This document shows, one piece after another, positions 49,704-58,999 of a stretch of DNA of 64,000 nucleotides. The stretch lies in contig JAHPZI010000001.1 in the NCBI GenBank assembly GCA_019058295.1, positions 60,686 through 124,685 of the forward strand, read 5' to 3'. The stretch's first letter is position 1, and each line of letters starts with the position of its first letter. The position numbers and the translations under genes were made by a program. Under the pieces are notes generated by a model. The model did not search any database and was not told where the DNA came from. It saw only the letters and a program-made list of their open reading frames with translations. Source of the DNA: Promethearchaeota archaeon. GTDB lineage: Archaea > Asgardarchaeota > Lokiarchaeia > Sigyniarchaeales > SOKP01.

Positions 49704-51449
49704 TTATTTCTTAGCAAACGGTTCAAGATCCAAATCCATAAAAATACCATCGTTAGATTCGAGTGTTCCTAAAAAGTGCCATTCCCCCTCATCAACGTGA
49801 GCGCCTTTACCATAGAGTTCGGCCATTTTATATAACCTATCAAAATTTTCATAGTGTAAAGCAACTCTATTTTCAGCATAATCTCTTGCTGACCAAGTCG
49901 TCATTAAAAATTGCCAATCACTACTTTCCAAAAGTAAAAGCTCTCGCGCCATTTGTTTTAATATTTTCAATAAATGTTCATCAGCATTATCTTTATATTT
50001 CGCAATGATCTCTTCACTCTTACCTTCACACTCATAAATCTTCTCCCATGTCCAAGTTGTCCATTCATTCAACCACACCCAGTGAGAACTTGCTTGTCCC
50101 CACGAGCCTTCAATGATCTGTACAACTTTATTTGGCGGATTTTCTTCGAGATAAAGCCTTGTGTTAGTTAATTCTATTTCAGGATCATCTTCTATCCATC
50201 TTAATACTCTCGCTAACCACCAATTTCCTTCAAACCACCAATGCCCAAATAATTCACAATCATAAGGAGCAACAATAATTCCGTTGTTCCCAAAATTATT
50301 TTTATAATCTCTCAAGATATCCTTAATGAGATTAACATAATGACTTCCATTTTCATCTAATTTTCTTGGAACATCATCTGGCCAATATAACATTTTTGCA
50401 CCAAGGTCTACTTTTGCACCAGTTACCTTCCAATATCGTAAACCCCCAGGATAGTGCTTTTTATGGAAATCTAAATATTCAGCACAGCCAGGATAACCAT
50501 GTTCACCTGACCATACCACAATCCCTGTCTTTTCATCCCTTGTAAAGAATCCAACAGGGGCTGGGGTAGATGGATCTGTAGATACTAAATAAGCTTCATA
50601 TTGTGATTTTTCAAAAGAAGTGGGAATTTCTTCATATTGCGATTCAAATTGTTTCCAGAGTTCTTTAAGTAAAGGAAACCTCGCAGCATAAACACCTTGG
50701 GACTTTCCACCTAATAAAAGGGTAGTATCAATAAAAAAATATTTAAGACCATTCTTAGCGACAAAATATTCAACCCCAGGTCGTTCATATTCTTCTCTTG
50801 AAATAGGGTTTTTCCATCGATACCCAGGACGATAGCCACATTCTGGAAGCCAAACTCCTGTAGGGGCTCTCCCAAAATGATGTTTATAATTATCAACTGC
50901 TGTTTTAAATTGAGCATCAATTGAAGTATCTTTAGATAATAACGGGCAATATCCATGAGTAGCACCACATGTGATAATATCGATCAAATCCATATCTTGG
51001 AGTTTTTTAAAAGCACCAATGATATCTCTATTAAATCTATGAAGAAAATCGTCTCTTACTCGTTCGTAAAATTCCTCCCACCATTTTGTTAATCTGATTC
51101 TACCTTCTTCAAATTTATTTCTCGTAAAATCGTCGTGATCATGAAATGCTGCACTTACTTTCTCGTCTAAGTAACCGAGGAACCCATTAATGAAAGATGG
51201 ATGTCTAAGCATTTCGCATAATACTGGTGTGAGTCCAATAGTTAATTTAGGATGATATCCATCATCAATCAATTTGTAAAGTTCTTGAAGCAATGGGATA
51301 TATGTCTCTGCAGTAGCTTCATTTACCCAGCTAGTTCCGTGTGGCCATATTCTGGATTATGTGAGAAAAACACATAATTTTCCATGATTTAAGACCCACG
51401 GAAGGTGAGAGTGAAGAACTAAACAAAAACTTCCCAATTTCTCTGGCAT
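49704..51449 (-). CDS. GH57 1,4-alpha-glucan branching enzyme, interrupted by a 30-nt insert (571 aa if removed)
   Basis: ATG 51449 gives MPEKLGSFCLVLHSHLPWVLNHG, in frame with WPHGTSWVNEATAETYIPLL and the 529-aa ORF; catalytic WLPEC and PYDCELFGHWW intact; in-frame TAA at 51357-51359. Confidence 0.9.
51350..51379 (-). other. putative 30-nt BHB-like mRNA intron in the branching enzyme gene
   Basis: TGGA-AAA-TTATGTG-TTTTTCT-CACATAA-TCCA-GAA; removing 30 nt restores HG-x-WPHG; boundaries ambiguous by 1-2 nt. Confidence 0.75.
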
Positions 51450-51696
51450 AAAAACAAAAATACGCAATTTCTTAATAATTTTGCCACATTCAATAAATGC
51501 TAAAAATCTCTAAAAAAAGCACAATTAATCGATTTAATTAATTTAAAATCAGTTTTTTTATTTTACTTTTCATTTCTTAAATACTGTGAGATTTTCTTTT
51601 TTTTTAAAAAACAGAAAAATTTAAGAACTTAAACCATATGCAATTAATAATATATATCCAATTGAAATTGAAAAGAAAATATAAATATTTGATTAA

Positions 51697-53079
51697 ATGG
51701 TTGAAAATCTTAAGGAACTTGCAAAGAACGGACGGATCATCGGAAGGGCTAATTTTGTGTTCACGCCAGAGATAGCAAGTAGCATAGGTTCAATTCATGG
51801 TAGTTTATTCAAGCAAAATGAATCTATAGTGATGGGGAGGGATTATCATAATGATTCTAGAATGCTTAAGCGAGGATATACCTCAGGTTGCATGAGTACT
51901 GGAGTGAATCTGTTAAATTTATCGGATTGTGCATATCCTTTATTACAATTCACGATTCGAAGATTTGGAGCGAGTGGGGGTGCTTATTTTTCGGCAGGGC
52001 ATTTATATAGTGAAGATGTTGGAGTAAGATTTGTTGATGCAGGGGGAATTGAATTATCTTCTTTAGAAATTCAAAAAATAATCAATGCTTATAATAATTA
52101 TCCTGAGCAAATACGTAGAGTTGAGCCAAACGAAATTGGTCAAATTACTTCAATCCCTCAGACTAAAGAGATTTATATTAAATCTTTACAGCAATTTATG
52201 AACAAGAAAAGAATAAGAAAAGCGGATCTTAAGATTGTAGTTGATTGTTCTTATGGTCCTAGCGGTAAGATTACGCCATTGTTATTAAATGAGATTGGGG
52301 TAGAGGTCATTGCATTAAATACACATTACCGTCAGAGATCGAGGAATCCAGTTCCCAACATTCATACTATTAGAAACTGTGCAGATATTGTGAAAGCGTC
52401 CAATAGTCATCTTGGTGTATGTTTTGATGTCGATGGTTCCAGAATTCTGGTGTTAGATGAAAGTGGATTAGAAATAAATTTTGAAGATTTACTAATGCTT
52501 TTTATATCTTATGACGAAAGGATAACAAAATCTAAAGCAAACACCATTATAACTACTCCTACAATTTCTTCAACCGCAAAAGATTTTATCAAAGAATCTG
52601 GATATCCATTAAAGGAAGTTGAAAATTATCCTGGAGAGATTTCTAGAAACATTAGACAAGAACGGGCTTGTTTTGCCGCGGCGGATACATTAAAATTTTA
52701 TTTTCCTGAATTTGCTCCGTTTAGCGATGGAAACTTCATTCTTTTAAAGCTCCTTGAAATAATGACTATTCAGGAGGATTTATTAAGTTCATTGACTAGA
52801 GGGTTCCCGAAAGGTATAAAGGTAAATAAATCAATTACAGTCTCTCAAGATATAATTGAAACTTTTCACAATCAATTAAGAAAAGCTGTTGAGGAAAATG
52901 GTTTTAAATATCATGATATCATAAATGAATTAAAGATTATTGACGAGGAGCAAAAAGTTTGTACGCAGGTAAAAATTTCTTTATACAGAAATGCGATACT
53001 TCTTTCTGCAGAATCTGAGAATGTTAACGCAGCGAAAACTATGATAACCGAGCTTGAGAAAATGATTGTTAATTTATAA
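51697..53079 (+). CDS. phosphohexomutase (PGM/PMM)-fold protein with degenerate active site
   Basis: MGRD, KIVVDC.YG, FDVDGSR; expected TASHN is SAGHL. Confidence 0.75.
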   Translation: MVENLKELAKNGRIIGRANFVFTPEIASSIGSIHGSLFKQNESIVMGRDYHNDSRMLKRGYTSGCMSTGVNLLNLSDCAYPLLQFTIRRFGASGGAYFSAGHLYSEDVGVRFVDAGGIELSSLEIQKIINAYNNYPEQIRRVEPNEIGQITSIPQTKEIYIKSLQQFMNKKRIRKADLKIVVDCSYGPSGKITPLLLNEIGVEVIALNTHYRQRSRNPVPNIHTIRNCADIVKASNSHLGVCFDVDGSRILVLDESGLEINFEDLLMLFISYDERITKSKANTIITTPTISSTAKDFIKESGYPLKEVENYPGEISRNIRQERACFAAADTLKFYFPEFAPFSDGNFILLKLLEIMTIQEDLLSSLTRGFPKGIKVNKSITVSQDIIETFHNQLRKAVEENGFKYHDIINELKIIDEEQKVCTQVKISLYRNAILLSAESENVNAAKTMITELEKMIVNL

Positions 53080-53208
53080 ATCAATTTTTATAAAAAAGAT
53101 TTCTACTATTTTAATTTCTTTAAATAAGAATTAAAAGTTTAAAAATACTTGAGATTTAATAATAATAATATAAATTATATTAAACTAAAAAATAAAAAGA
53201 TGTGAATC

Positions 53209-53910
53209 ATGGCAGTAGATGCAGCTGGAATGATCTTTTTGGTATCATTTTTTATAATATGGGGAGTCTTCCTGATCTGGGATTTCTTTCGTAGAATTTC
53301 ATGAATCTCTCATGAAGTACGCAAAGGAGAAAAATATGGCTTCCTAGCTTACATATTAGCTGTAATTCCAGTTAATATGTTATGGGGGTTCGGTTTCAAT
53401 ATTTTAGGTGTTTATATTGTCCTTTTTGTATTATGGATAATTTGTCTTTTTCGTGATTTAATCTTAGTATATGGCAAAACAAAAGAATATGATGATATAT
53501 TGCTATTTTTAGGAATTGGAATTCTAATTCAAGTAATTTTAACAGGAATACTGCCATATATGAATGAAAGTATGCAAACTAATTGTGTGGCAGCCTGGGT
53601 CTTTTGGTTTCCTGATGTTTATAATCCAAATACAAATGCTATACAAAGTTGGGTTAATGCTAACTATCTATTAGGATTTAGAGTAGCAGCAACAGGCATG
53701 GTAATATTAGCTATTTTACCAATGATCTTAGATTTATACTACACGGAAGAACATGTTAATCTTTTAGCAATAATTATTATAGATTGTGTTTTTGTGGCCC
53801 CTTTTCTCTGGCTGGCATACGTTTGGATGGGAGGCATCGGTTGGCCATTGACTTTCTTATTTGCGGTGCTTTTATTTATAGTTTTATTACTATTAACAAG
53901 AGAGAGATAA
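53209..53910 (+). CDS. multi-pass membrane protein, interrupted by a 30-nt insert (223 aa if removed)
   Basis: ATG 53209 encodes a first TM helix (MAVDAAGMIFLVSFFIIWGVFLIWDFFR) in frame with GEKYGFLAYILAVIPVN and the 177-aa ORF; in-frame TGA at 53302-53304. Confidence 0.8.
53295..53324 (+). other. putative 30-nt BHB-like mRNA intron in the membrane protein gene
   Basis: CGTA-GAA-TTTCATGA-ATCTC-TCATGAAG-TACG-CAA; same geometry as, and 17/30 identity to, the 51350-51379 element. Confidence 0.72.
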
Positions 53911-54029
53911 TTAAATATCTTTTTTTTATTTTTTTTTTGTTTGTTATTAAATTTTTTATGCTTATTTTTATATATAATTATAGGTTAAAGAGTGATAATC
54001 TAAATTTTAATTAAAAAAGAGATTTTATA

Positions 54030-55025
54030 ATGGCAAAAAAAAAAGGTCAATTAGATACGGATGATGAGGTCAATGAGTCAAATCTTAATAAAACCTACTC
54101 TTTAAAAGATTTACCGGGAGTAGGAGAAGCGACTTTAAAAAAATTAAAAGAGGCTGGAATTACATCTATTAGATCCCTTGCGATGGTCCCCAAACAATCA
54201 TTAATGGATGATGCGTCCATTGGCGAAAAGACAGCTGAAAAATTAATTAAACTTGCCCAAGATATTGAAAAAATGGGATTTAAATCAGCCAATGAGATTT
54301 GGGAAAAAAGAAAAGGATTGAAAAAATTGACTACGGGAAGTCAAAATTTGGACGAATTGTTAGCCGGGGGTATAGAAACAGGGGCAGTAACAGAGATTTT
54401 TGGGGAATATAGAACAGGTAAGACTCAGCTTGCTCATCAACTTTGCGTTAATGTACAATTAAAAGAAGAGGAAGGAGGCCTTGAAGGTAGCGCTTTATAT
54501 ATAGATAGTGAAGGAACATTTAGACCTGAAAGAATACTTCAAATGGCAGAAGCAAAGGATTTGGATCATAATAAAGTATTAAAAAATATTACAATTGGAC
54601 GAGCGTATAATAGTGACCACCAGATTCTCTTAATAAAGGATGCTCCAAAAATCATAGAAGAAAAGAATATTAAGGTAATTATTGTTGATTCGCTAATTAG
54701 TCATTTTCGCGCCGAATATATTGGAAGGGGTACACTTGCCTCTAGACAGCAAATATTAAATAGCCATATTCATGATTTATTAAGATTAACCGAAACTTAT
54801 GAATTAGCCGCCGTTTTTACAAATCAAGTCTCATCTAGACCAGATGTTTTTTATGGGAATCCTATAACCCATACCGGAGGTCATATAGTCGCCCATGGTG
54901 CTACTATTAGAATTTATTTGAGAAAAGGAAAAGGAGAGCAGAGAGTTGCTAAAGTTGTTGATGCTCCTCATTTACCAGAAGAAGATGCTGTTTTTTCTAT
55001 AACTGAAGATGGTATTGGAGATTAA
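54030..55025 (+). CDS. radA: DNA repair and recombination protein RadA
   Basis: N-terminal Hh[34 protein letters not shown]; no intein. Confidence 0.96.
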   Translation: MAKKKGQLDTDDEVNESNLNKTYSLKDLPGVGEATLKKLKEAGITSIRSLAMVPKQSLMDDASIGEKTAEKLIKLAQDIEKMGFKSANEIWEKRKGLKKLTTGSQNLDELLAGGIETGAVTEIFGEYRTGKTQLAHQLCVNVQLKEEEGGLEGSALYIDSEGTFRPERILQMAEAKDLDHNKVLKNITIGRAYNSDHQILLIKDAPKIIEEKNIKVIIVDSLISHFRAEYIGRGTLASRQQILNSHIHDLLRLTETYELAAVFTNQVSSRPDVFYGNPITHTGGHIVAHGATIRIYLRKGKGEQRVAKVVDAPHLPEEDAVFSITEDGIGD

Positions 55026-55036
55026 AGATTAAGTTA

Positions 55037-55588
55037 TTATGTGTCCACTGCGATATAATCCCATTCTTCATTCTCTTTAATTAACCATTCTAATGCATAA
55101 TGCCATTCATAAATAATAGAAGGATCATAGCCATCTGGGAGTTCCTTATCATTAATTTGGGCATCTCTTAATTCCCAGTTGATTCTATAAATACGTTCAA
55201 ACATATCTATAATCTCCTCTGGATCTCTTAACTGAACATTTTGTGCATCAATTTTAGAATAAAAATCATCAGCTTTTAATACCTCTTTGATCTGCTCTAA
55301 ATTAATTTCATCTTTAGGAATCTCCGAGAAATTAAAATGATTCAAAGCCCATAACAAAATATACACTGCTTCTGCTCGCCAACCTAATTGCAGAGCAATA
55401 AATCTTGAATCCTCTTCCGGACTGAGGAGAAAGTTTTTTTCATTTTCAGAAACTTCAGACCAAAGGTCCTTATCTTTGAGAATTTTTATAACTTCTTCTT
55501 TTTTTCTTCCAGTTGCAGCTTGGAATACTCCAATTAAAACCTTTATTCTTCGGGCAACTTCTTTGGGGTTTCGCATATTGAATCTCAA
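55037..55588 (-). CDS. DUF4272-like protein
   Basis: EVARR, WR.EA...LLWAL, E.H.ALEWL....WD...DT. Confidence 0.65.
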   Translation of the reverse strand: MRFNMRNPKEVARRIKVLIGVFQAATGRKKEEVIKILKDKDLWSEVSENEKNFLLSPEEDSRFIALQLGWRAEAVYILLWALNHFNFSEIPKDEINLEQIKEVLKADDFYSKIDAQNVQLRDPEEIIDMFERIYRINWELRDAQINDKELPDGYDPSIIYEWHYALEWLIKENEEWDYIAVDT

Positions 55589-55723
55589 CTAATTTTATTT
55601 AGGAATTTTCTTAATAGATTTAAAAATTTTTTAGTATTTTTACTTAAGGATTATATTATATTAATTAATCTTTTAGATTTATCTAAATTAGTTCTTATTA
55701 AGATATAGAGAGAGTGTATAATC

Positions 55724-56443
55724 TTGGTAAAATTAACAATTCTTATTGATGATATAGATCATTCAGAAGTAGGGTATAAAAAATCATTTGGTTTTGCCGC
55801 GCTGATTGAAAAAGAGAACAAAAAAATATTGTTTGATACGGGAACATATTCAGAACCATTATTAGCAAATCTGAAAACATACGGAATTTCACCATTATCT
55901 TTGGATGCAATCATTTTATCACATAATCATAATGATCATACTGATGGACTTCCAGGTATTTTGAAAGAAAATGATGATATCCCAGTATATGTGAATAAAT
56001 ATTGGGACATTCCAGTCAGTTTTCAAGGGAAGCGAATTCCTAAGAAGAATTTAGTCGTAAATAATGAAGCTCGTGAATGTAAGGATATAACATCCGGAAT
56101 TTATTTGACTAATTCTCATTATTCTTCCGATTATGGACGGATATATGAGCATGCCTGCTATATTGATACCGGAAACTCTTATCTATTAATATGTGGGTGT
56201 TGCCATCCTGGATTAACCACATTTTTACAAGACCGAACTCAACTCGGAATTCCCTTAGATGCAAATTTACATCTAATTGGTGGGATGCATGGGTTTAGGT
56301 TTTCTGATAGTGAGGCTGAAGAATTGGATCCAATAGCGAAATCAGTCATCTTATGTCATTGTACATCTTATGCAAGCGATTATAGAAGACAATTTGGAAA
56401 AAGATGTACTCTAGGAATTGTTGGTAAGACTTTAGAATTTTAA
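55724..56443 (+). CDS. MBL-fold metallo-hydrolase
   Basis: LFDTG, SHNHNDHTDGL, GCCHPG, IGGMH, HCT. Confidence 0.85.
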   Translation: MVKLTILIDDIDHSEVGYKKSFGFAALIEKENKKILFDTGTYSEPLLANLKTYGISPLSLDAIILSHNHNDHTDGLPGILKENDDIPVYVNKYWDIPVSFQGKRIPKKNLVVNNEARECKDITSGIYLTNSHYSSDYGRIYEHACYIDTGNSYLLICGCCHPGLTTFLQDRTQLGIPLDANLHLIGGMHGFRFSDSEAEELDPIAKSVILCHCTSYASDYRRQFGKRCTLGIVGKTLEF

Positions 56444-56462
56444 GTTTTCCTCTATAATCCCT

Positions 56463-57053
56463 TTAATTGTTTTCAATTTTTTTTAAGTGAAAATGTCGAG
56501 ATAAATGAAAATATAATCCTAGGAAGTATATTATAACAATTAAAATGTATTCAAAAGCAAAGAAAATTATAAAAAACATCATTAGAATAAAAAGTAATGC
56601 TTCTATTGTCAATGCTACTTTACTATTATAATATTTAAAATCAAAAAAGCTTGTTGGATTTTTATATTGATCTAAATATTGGGGCAATTTTTCCTCCTCT
56701 TCTTTAGACATAAAAAGTCTTGGACCGAAGGTTTTTTTTGGAAAATAAAAAAAATTTGTACCCCAATCAAATAAATCAATAAAAACATGTATAAAATATG
56801 AAAAACCACTGATTATTAATGCAGGCCAATAAAATATTATTCCAAGTACAAATATAATGATGCTTGGAAATACAGAATGAGTAATCAAATTTCTATGATT
56901 TTCATCTTTTGCATATTTGGAAAAAAAAATATCAAAATCACTTATAACAGAAGCTAAAACAATCATAATGAATTCAAGCAAGGAAAAGCAGAAATAATAA
57001 TGAAATACAGACGCAATTATTACCCCAATTGCGAAATGACTATTAATATGTAT
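56463..57053 (-). CDS. membrane-bound metal-dependent hydrolase (YdjM-like)
   Basis: Extended N-terminus (M)HINSHFAIG from ATA 57053; SDFD, HRNLITHS, HVFID. Confidence 0.75.
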   Translation of the reverse strand: MHINSHFAIGVIIASVFHYYFCFSLLEFIMIVLASVISDFDIFFSKYAKDENHRNLITHSVFPSIIIFVLGIIFYWPALIISGFSYFIHVFIDLFDWGTNFFYFPKKTFGPRLFMSKEEEEKLPQYLDQYKNPTSFFDFKYYNSKVALTIEALLFILMMFFIIFFAFEYILIVIIYFLGLYFHLSRHFHLKKIENN

Positions 57054-57064
57054 TTAAATTCACC

Positions 57065-58045
57065 TTATTGTGAAATATAATTTTTACTTTTTACTCTTTC
57101 TAAAACCTTTTCTTTTGTTTCAAATCCATATGAACCAGTCTTTTCGACATTAAAAGAAGCTGCAGAGGATGCTAAATAGGCTGCTTTTTCAATAGAGTGC
57201 CATGTTTTATCAGACTTTATAAACTCATATAAAAATATGGCAAAATAAACATCTCCTGCGCCAGTTTCGTCAACTACGCCCCGAGATTTGAAAGCCGGTA
57301 ACTTTAATATTTTTTTTCCTTTTTTAACAATTAACGACCCTGCTTCTCCCAAGGTCATTATAAATATTCCTTTAAATTCCATGTATTTAAAATATTCCAT
57401 GGCTTCATAAATATCGTCTTTTTGAGACAATATCTTCATTTCTTCTTCGGAACCTTTTAAAATTAGTTTATCTCCGATTAATTTTACTATGTTTTCAATA
57501 TTTGAGATAATTTTTTCATCCCTTATTATAGAAACATGACCATCTTCAATATTTCTAATGAATCCTTGAAGTTCTACGGCGATATAAGCATTTGGGAAAT
57601 AATTTAAAATATCAGTAATGTACTCGTAAGAAATCTCATTACATAATGGTGCTAAAACAATTACATCTGGAGGATTATTAAGATACTCCTTAGGAATATC
57701 CTTAATTTCAAGATTAGGACTCTTTGATTTAAGGGTTAGAGTTCTTGAATGATTAAAATAATTTAAGATAAAATTAGTATTATTTACTTCAAACCATTTT
57801 AATCCTTTTAAATCTATATCTGTATTTTTAATTAATTTTAACAGACTTTTATCGAAATTTAAGCTCCCTAAATTGGAGATAATTTTGATTTTAATATTAT
57901 TCGTATAGGAAGAGAGAGATAAAGAGCCAAAAGAAACGCTTCCCCCCAGGGAGGGTTTGTGTTTTTTTTGAAATCTTATAATAGTATCAATTGCGATGTG
58001 TCCAATAAAAAATATTGAGGGACGATTTTTTATTTTATTCCTCAT
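57065..58045 (-). CDS. PfkB-family carbohydrate kinase
   Basis: GH...D, LGGS, TLGEAGS, DETGAGDVY. Confidence 0.88.
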   Translation of the reverse strand: MRNKIKNRPSIFFIGHIAIDTIIRFQKKHKPSLGGSVSFGSLSLSSYTNNIKIKIISNLGSLNFDKSLLKLIKNTDIDLKGLKWFEVNNTNFILNYFNHSRTLTLKSKSPNLEIKDIPKEYLNNPPDVIVLAPLCNEISYEYITDILNYFPNAYIAVELQGFIRNIEDGHVSIIRDEKIISNIENIVKLIGDKLILKGSEEEMKILSQKDDIYEAMEYFKYMEFKGIFIMTLGEAGSLIVKKGKKILKLPAFKSRGVVDETGAGDVYFAIFLYEFIKSDKTWHSIEKAAYLASSAASFNVEKTGSYGFETKEKVLERVKSKNYISQ

Positions 58046-58897
58046 TTATTTTTTCTGTAATTCTTCAATTTTTTTATTCTTTTCCTTTATTGCTAGCTTT
58101 AACTTATTTATTTTGCCTTGTAATTCATCGACTAATCCGGACATAGGACCGCCGCTAGGTGTTGTTTCTTCAGCTACCTTAGAAATCTTCAACTCATTGA
58201 TCATCTTATCCTTTTCTTTCAATTGCTCCTGAAGTTCTTCTATTACACTCTCGGATGGTTGTTCTTCGGTAGTTGCTGTGGCTTTTTCTTCGAGTTGTTC
58301 CTTCAATTTTGAAATTTCGTTATTAAGCATCTCGTTTTCTTTCTTTAATTCCGTAATTTCATTAGACAATCCTGAAGTATCACCTGATTGGGTCTGTTTA
58401 AGTGTTTCATTCTCTTTTTTTAATTTTGCTACAGTTTTCTTATATTTATTACAGCTTTCTTGGAGATCTTGACATAAAATTTCTAATGGTTTTGAACTTT
58501 CTAAAGTAGCTTCTGGTGCTGCAGGTTCTTCAACAGGTGTCACAGAATCACCCGAAGATTTTTCTTTCATTTCTACTAAATCTTTATTTAAAGAAACGTT
58601 TTCTTCTGTTAAGGTGGTAATTTTAGATTGAAGATCTTTTATATTATTTTCTAAATCTGAAATTTTGTTTGTTAAATCTTTCTTTAAATCATCCTTCTCA
58701 CCAATAGATTGTTCAAGGGTTTTTTCTAAACCTTGAAGCACCTCATCTCTTTTTTCTATTTTCTCTATCAATTCCTCGTTTTGTTTTTCAAGTGCTTCAA
58801 TTTTTTCGAGTGTATCGCCAATTATGCTTGGAGATTTACTATCAGATTTCATCTTTTTCAACTTACTAATAAAATCTTCCTTTGACATTTTTCTCAA
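58046..58897 (-). CDS. coiled-coil protein
   Basis: Heptad-rich segments; probable start ATG 58888. Confidence 0.7.
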   Translation of the reverse strand: MRKMSKEDFISKLKKMKSDSKSPSIIGDTLEKIEALEKQNEELIEKIEKRDEVLQGLEKTLEQSIGEKDDLKKDLTNKISDLENNIKDLQSKITTLTEENVSLNKDLVEMKEKSSGDSVTPVEEPAAPEATLESSKPLEILCQDLQESCNKYKKTVAKLKKENETLKQTQSGDTSGLSNEITELKKENEMLNNEISKLKEQLEEKATATTEEQPSESVIEELQEQLKEKDKMINELKISKVAEETTPSGGPMSGLVDELQGKINKLKLAIKEKNKKIEELQKK

Positions 58898-58961
58898 TTA
58901 ATTTATTTTTTTAGAATTATAATTCCAGAAAATTTCTCAATTAATTTATTGTTTTAGAATT
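58890..58961. repeat. 29-bp direct repeat (43-bp period) upstream of the coiled-coil gene
   Basis: tttctcaattaatttatt(t/g)ttttagaatt twice. Confidence 0.8.
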
Positions 58962-58999
58962 CCTTAATATATTTTTCTATATGAGTGAAATTTGTTTGT

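Noticed and set aside
49704-51449. Branching enzyme as a simple nonsense pseudogene or sequencing error
   Set aside because: The lesion is a 10-codon structured insert shared with another gene and the rest of the frame is intact; not fully excluded without RNA data.
53302-53304. In-frame TGA read as selenocysteine
   Set aside because: No redox-motif context; it lies inside a hairpin homologous to the 51350-51379 insert, whose stop is TAA.
54030-55025. Intein or intron in radA
   Set aside because: Normal length and continuous motifs.
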